Made by a program: the position numbers and the translations under genes. From the NCBI GenBank assembly GCA_028534125.1, contig CM052818.1:9984001-10048000 (forward strand): 64,000 bases of DNA, given 5' to 3'. Below are positions 62,500 to 64,000 of this stretch, piece by piece (positions within the stretch are counted from its first letter, which is position 1; each line of letters opens with the position of its first letter). The DNA comes from Lama glama (lineage: Eukaryota). The notes beneath the pieces were generated by a model. It was given only the letters and a program-made list of their open reading frames with translations, had not been told where the DNA came from and searched no databases.

Positions 62500-64000
62500 A
62501 GACAGCACATGAATAAACAGCCGCTGGCCGGCGCGGCTGGGAGGTGGGTGCGCGCGTGTTAGCCGGGGGCCTTCTTTTAAAACAATAAAGCCCCCCGCCG
62601 GGTGGGTGAATTTATGAAAACGACGTCCCTTAGACTGAGGAGGGGAAAGAGAAGACAAGAGGGGTTGTGGAGCAGCTCGGAGGAGAGTGAAGGAAGGCTC
62701 CTCGCTCCGCAGACACACACTCACACACGTCCACCTGCAGCACACGGAGCCTCGCGGGCTAGGGCGACCCGCCTCCACCCTGCACCCTCCGCGCCTTCTT
62801 TGGACCCTGAGTTCATTTTCCTCTCCCTCCTGCCCTTCCGGATTTGGAATCGCGGCGCGGTCTCGGCGGCTGCGGTGGCGGTGGCTGAGGCTACAGGGTG
62901 GCGCAGGCAGGCAGGGAGACTGGGAGGCGGGAGACGCCGGGGGACTTTTGCAGGCACGTTTCTGAATAAACTTTCCAATCGCAGGGGGTGCTGTTGCTGT
63001 ACATTTTACGTAAAACTGAAAGTATCCCACGCCAGAGTGAAGCCCGCTTTTTGACAGCAGCAGCAGCAGCAGCGTGTGTGTGTGTGCGCGTGTGCGCATT
63101 AAAGAGACAGGGGTTTATTTCCAACAGGTCTCCCCTAATTCCCCGGGAACGTCTGCAGAGGGGGCAGTGAACTCCGGGGTGTGCGGCTCCGCCAGGGGTG
63201 CCTGGGGAGCGCGGTGCTGACCCGGGGCGGTCTGAGCCACCAATGTGGCCTCCCCGCTGCTCCTGGGAGCCAGTGGCTCTCCCTTTATTCCTCACTTTCT
63301 TTCCCCGGATAACAGTACAGGACTAGTTATGCTCTCCCCGTAAGAAACATTTTCTTGCCATTCCTCAGTGCTTTTGCAGTTGCTCTTGTAGTGGGAGGGG
63401 GTGTGTCCTTCCTTGGGACCCGGCTCGGGGACCTCCCGCGGCGCGAGGAGCACGTTCCCAGAGACTGGCACTCTCGGGACTGCCCGTGCTTTGTCCTATG
63501 GTCGGCGGCCGCTCCTTGAGGTGGACGCTTCGGCGCCTCCCTCGCCCTGGGTCCGGGCGCTCCACTCCGGGGGCTGGAACGTTTTCTGAGTCTGGCTCCC
63601 CGTTCTTTTTTCCTCGGCCTTTCTCTCTCTTTCCGCAACCCTAAAGAGCTTCGACTCTGCTCCCAGTTGCATTCAGACCCGATCACTTGTCAGGGCGTTT
63701 AGATCCTCGGCCTCTCGGCTCGGCCTGGGGGCGCCCTCCCGGCCCTCTGGCCGGGGCCTGCACCGTCTCCCTCGCTCTTGCCCTCTCTCTCCAGGCCGCC
63801 CAGGCTCTTGGAGGCCCCCGCGCTGCCCCTCCTGACCCGCAACCCTCCAAACTTGAGCTGGACTCTGCTTCGCCGCGCGTTCCCTCCCGCCTCCCCTCAC
63901 CCGCCGAGGAGCTGTAACTTGGAGGCTCAGCTCTCAACTTCGGGTGATTTTCCTTCGCTATCTTCTGCTCGGGCAAAGTTTCTCGAGCGCAGCCGCGGGC
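62500..64000. promoter_or_regulatory. Large CpG island running off the window end; promoter region of a probable developmental regulator
   Basis: At least 1.5 kb of GC/CpG-rich DNA with GC boxes and a (CAG)n-(GT)n-(GC)n tract at about 63055-63097; no recognisable coding exon. Confidence 0.8.

Noticed and set aside
62497..63976. Numerous Arg/Pro/Gly-rich ORFs up to 200 aa
   Set aside because: They occur in all frames of a CpG island with no recognisable domain.
1..64000. CRISPR array, operon or other prokaryotic/viral system
   Set aside because: The window is mammalian repeat-laden DNA; I saw no regularly spaced repeats, dense coding blocks or intact retroviral genes.

Overview
Mammalian non-coding genomic DNA; I can support no intact protein-coding gene, tRNA, rRNA or CRISPR array. 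Six copies of a short tRNA-Ala-like SINE (GGGGAGGGTATAGCTCAGTGG...GGTTCAATCCCC) resemble the camelid Vic-1 family, so the host is probably a camel, llama or alpaca (inference). The left ~34 kb is dense in transposable elements: L1 3' fragments, L2, MIR, six MLT1 (ERVL-MaLR) solo LTRs, and MER81, MER45, MER20 and Tigger1-type DNA transposons, several of them nested and with readable target-site duplications (TSDs). From ~38 kb the DNA becomes TE-poor and ends in a large CpG island (62.5-64 kb), as expected upstream of a developmental regulator whose start lies at or just past the window end. The island spacing reminds me of the region upstream of BCL11A, but this is unverified. The most notable structures are: (i) two unrelated ~225-bp imperfect palindromes with structured central loops (34136-34360 and 58541-58766); (ii) a ~930-bp CpG-rich, promoter/LTR-like insertion splitting an old L1 (16610-17539); (iii) an apparent L1 3' transduction with a perfect 17-bp TSD (5254-5949); (iv) an orphan YY1/ETS-type CpG-island promoter at 37.1-37.6 kb. 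Repeat family names come from recognising consensus motifs by eye, not from a database search. I cannot claim a new biological system; the palindromes and the CpG-rich insertion are the best leads.
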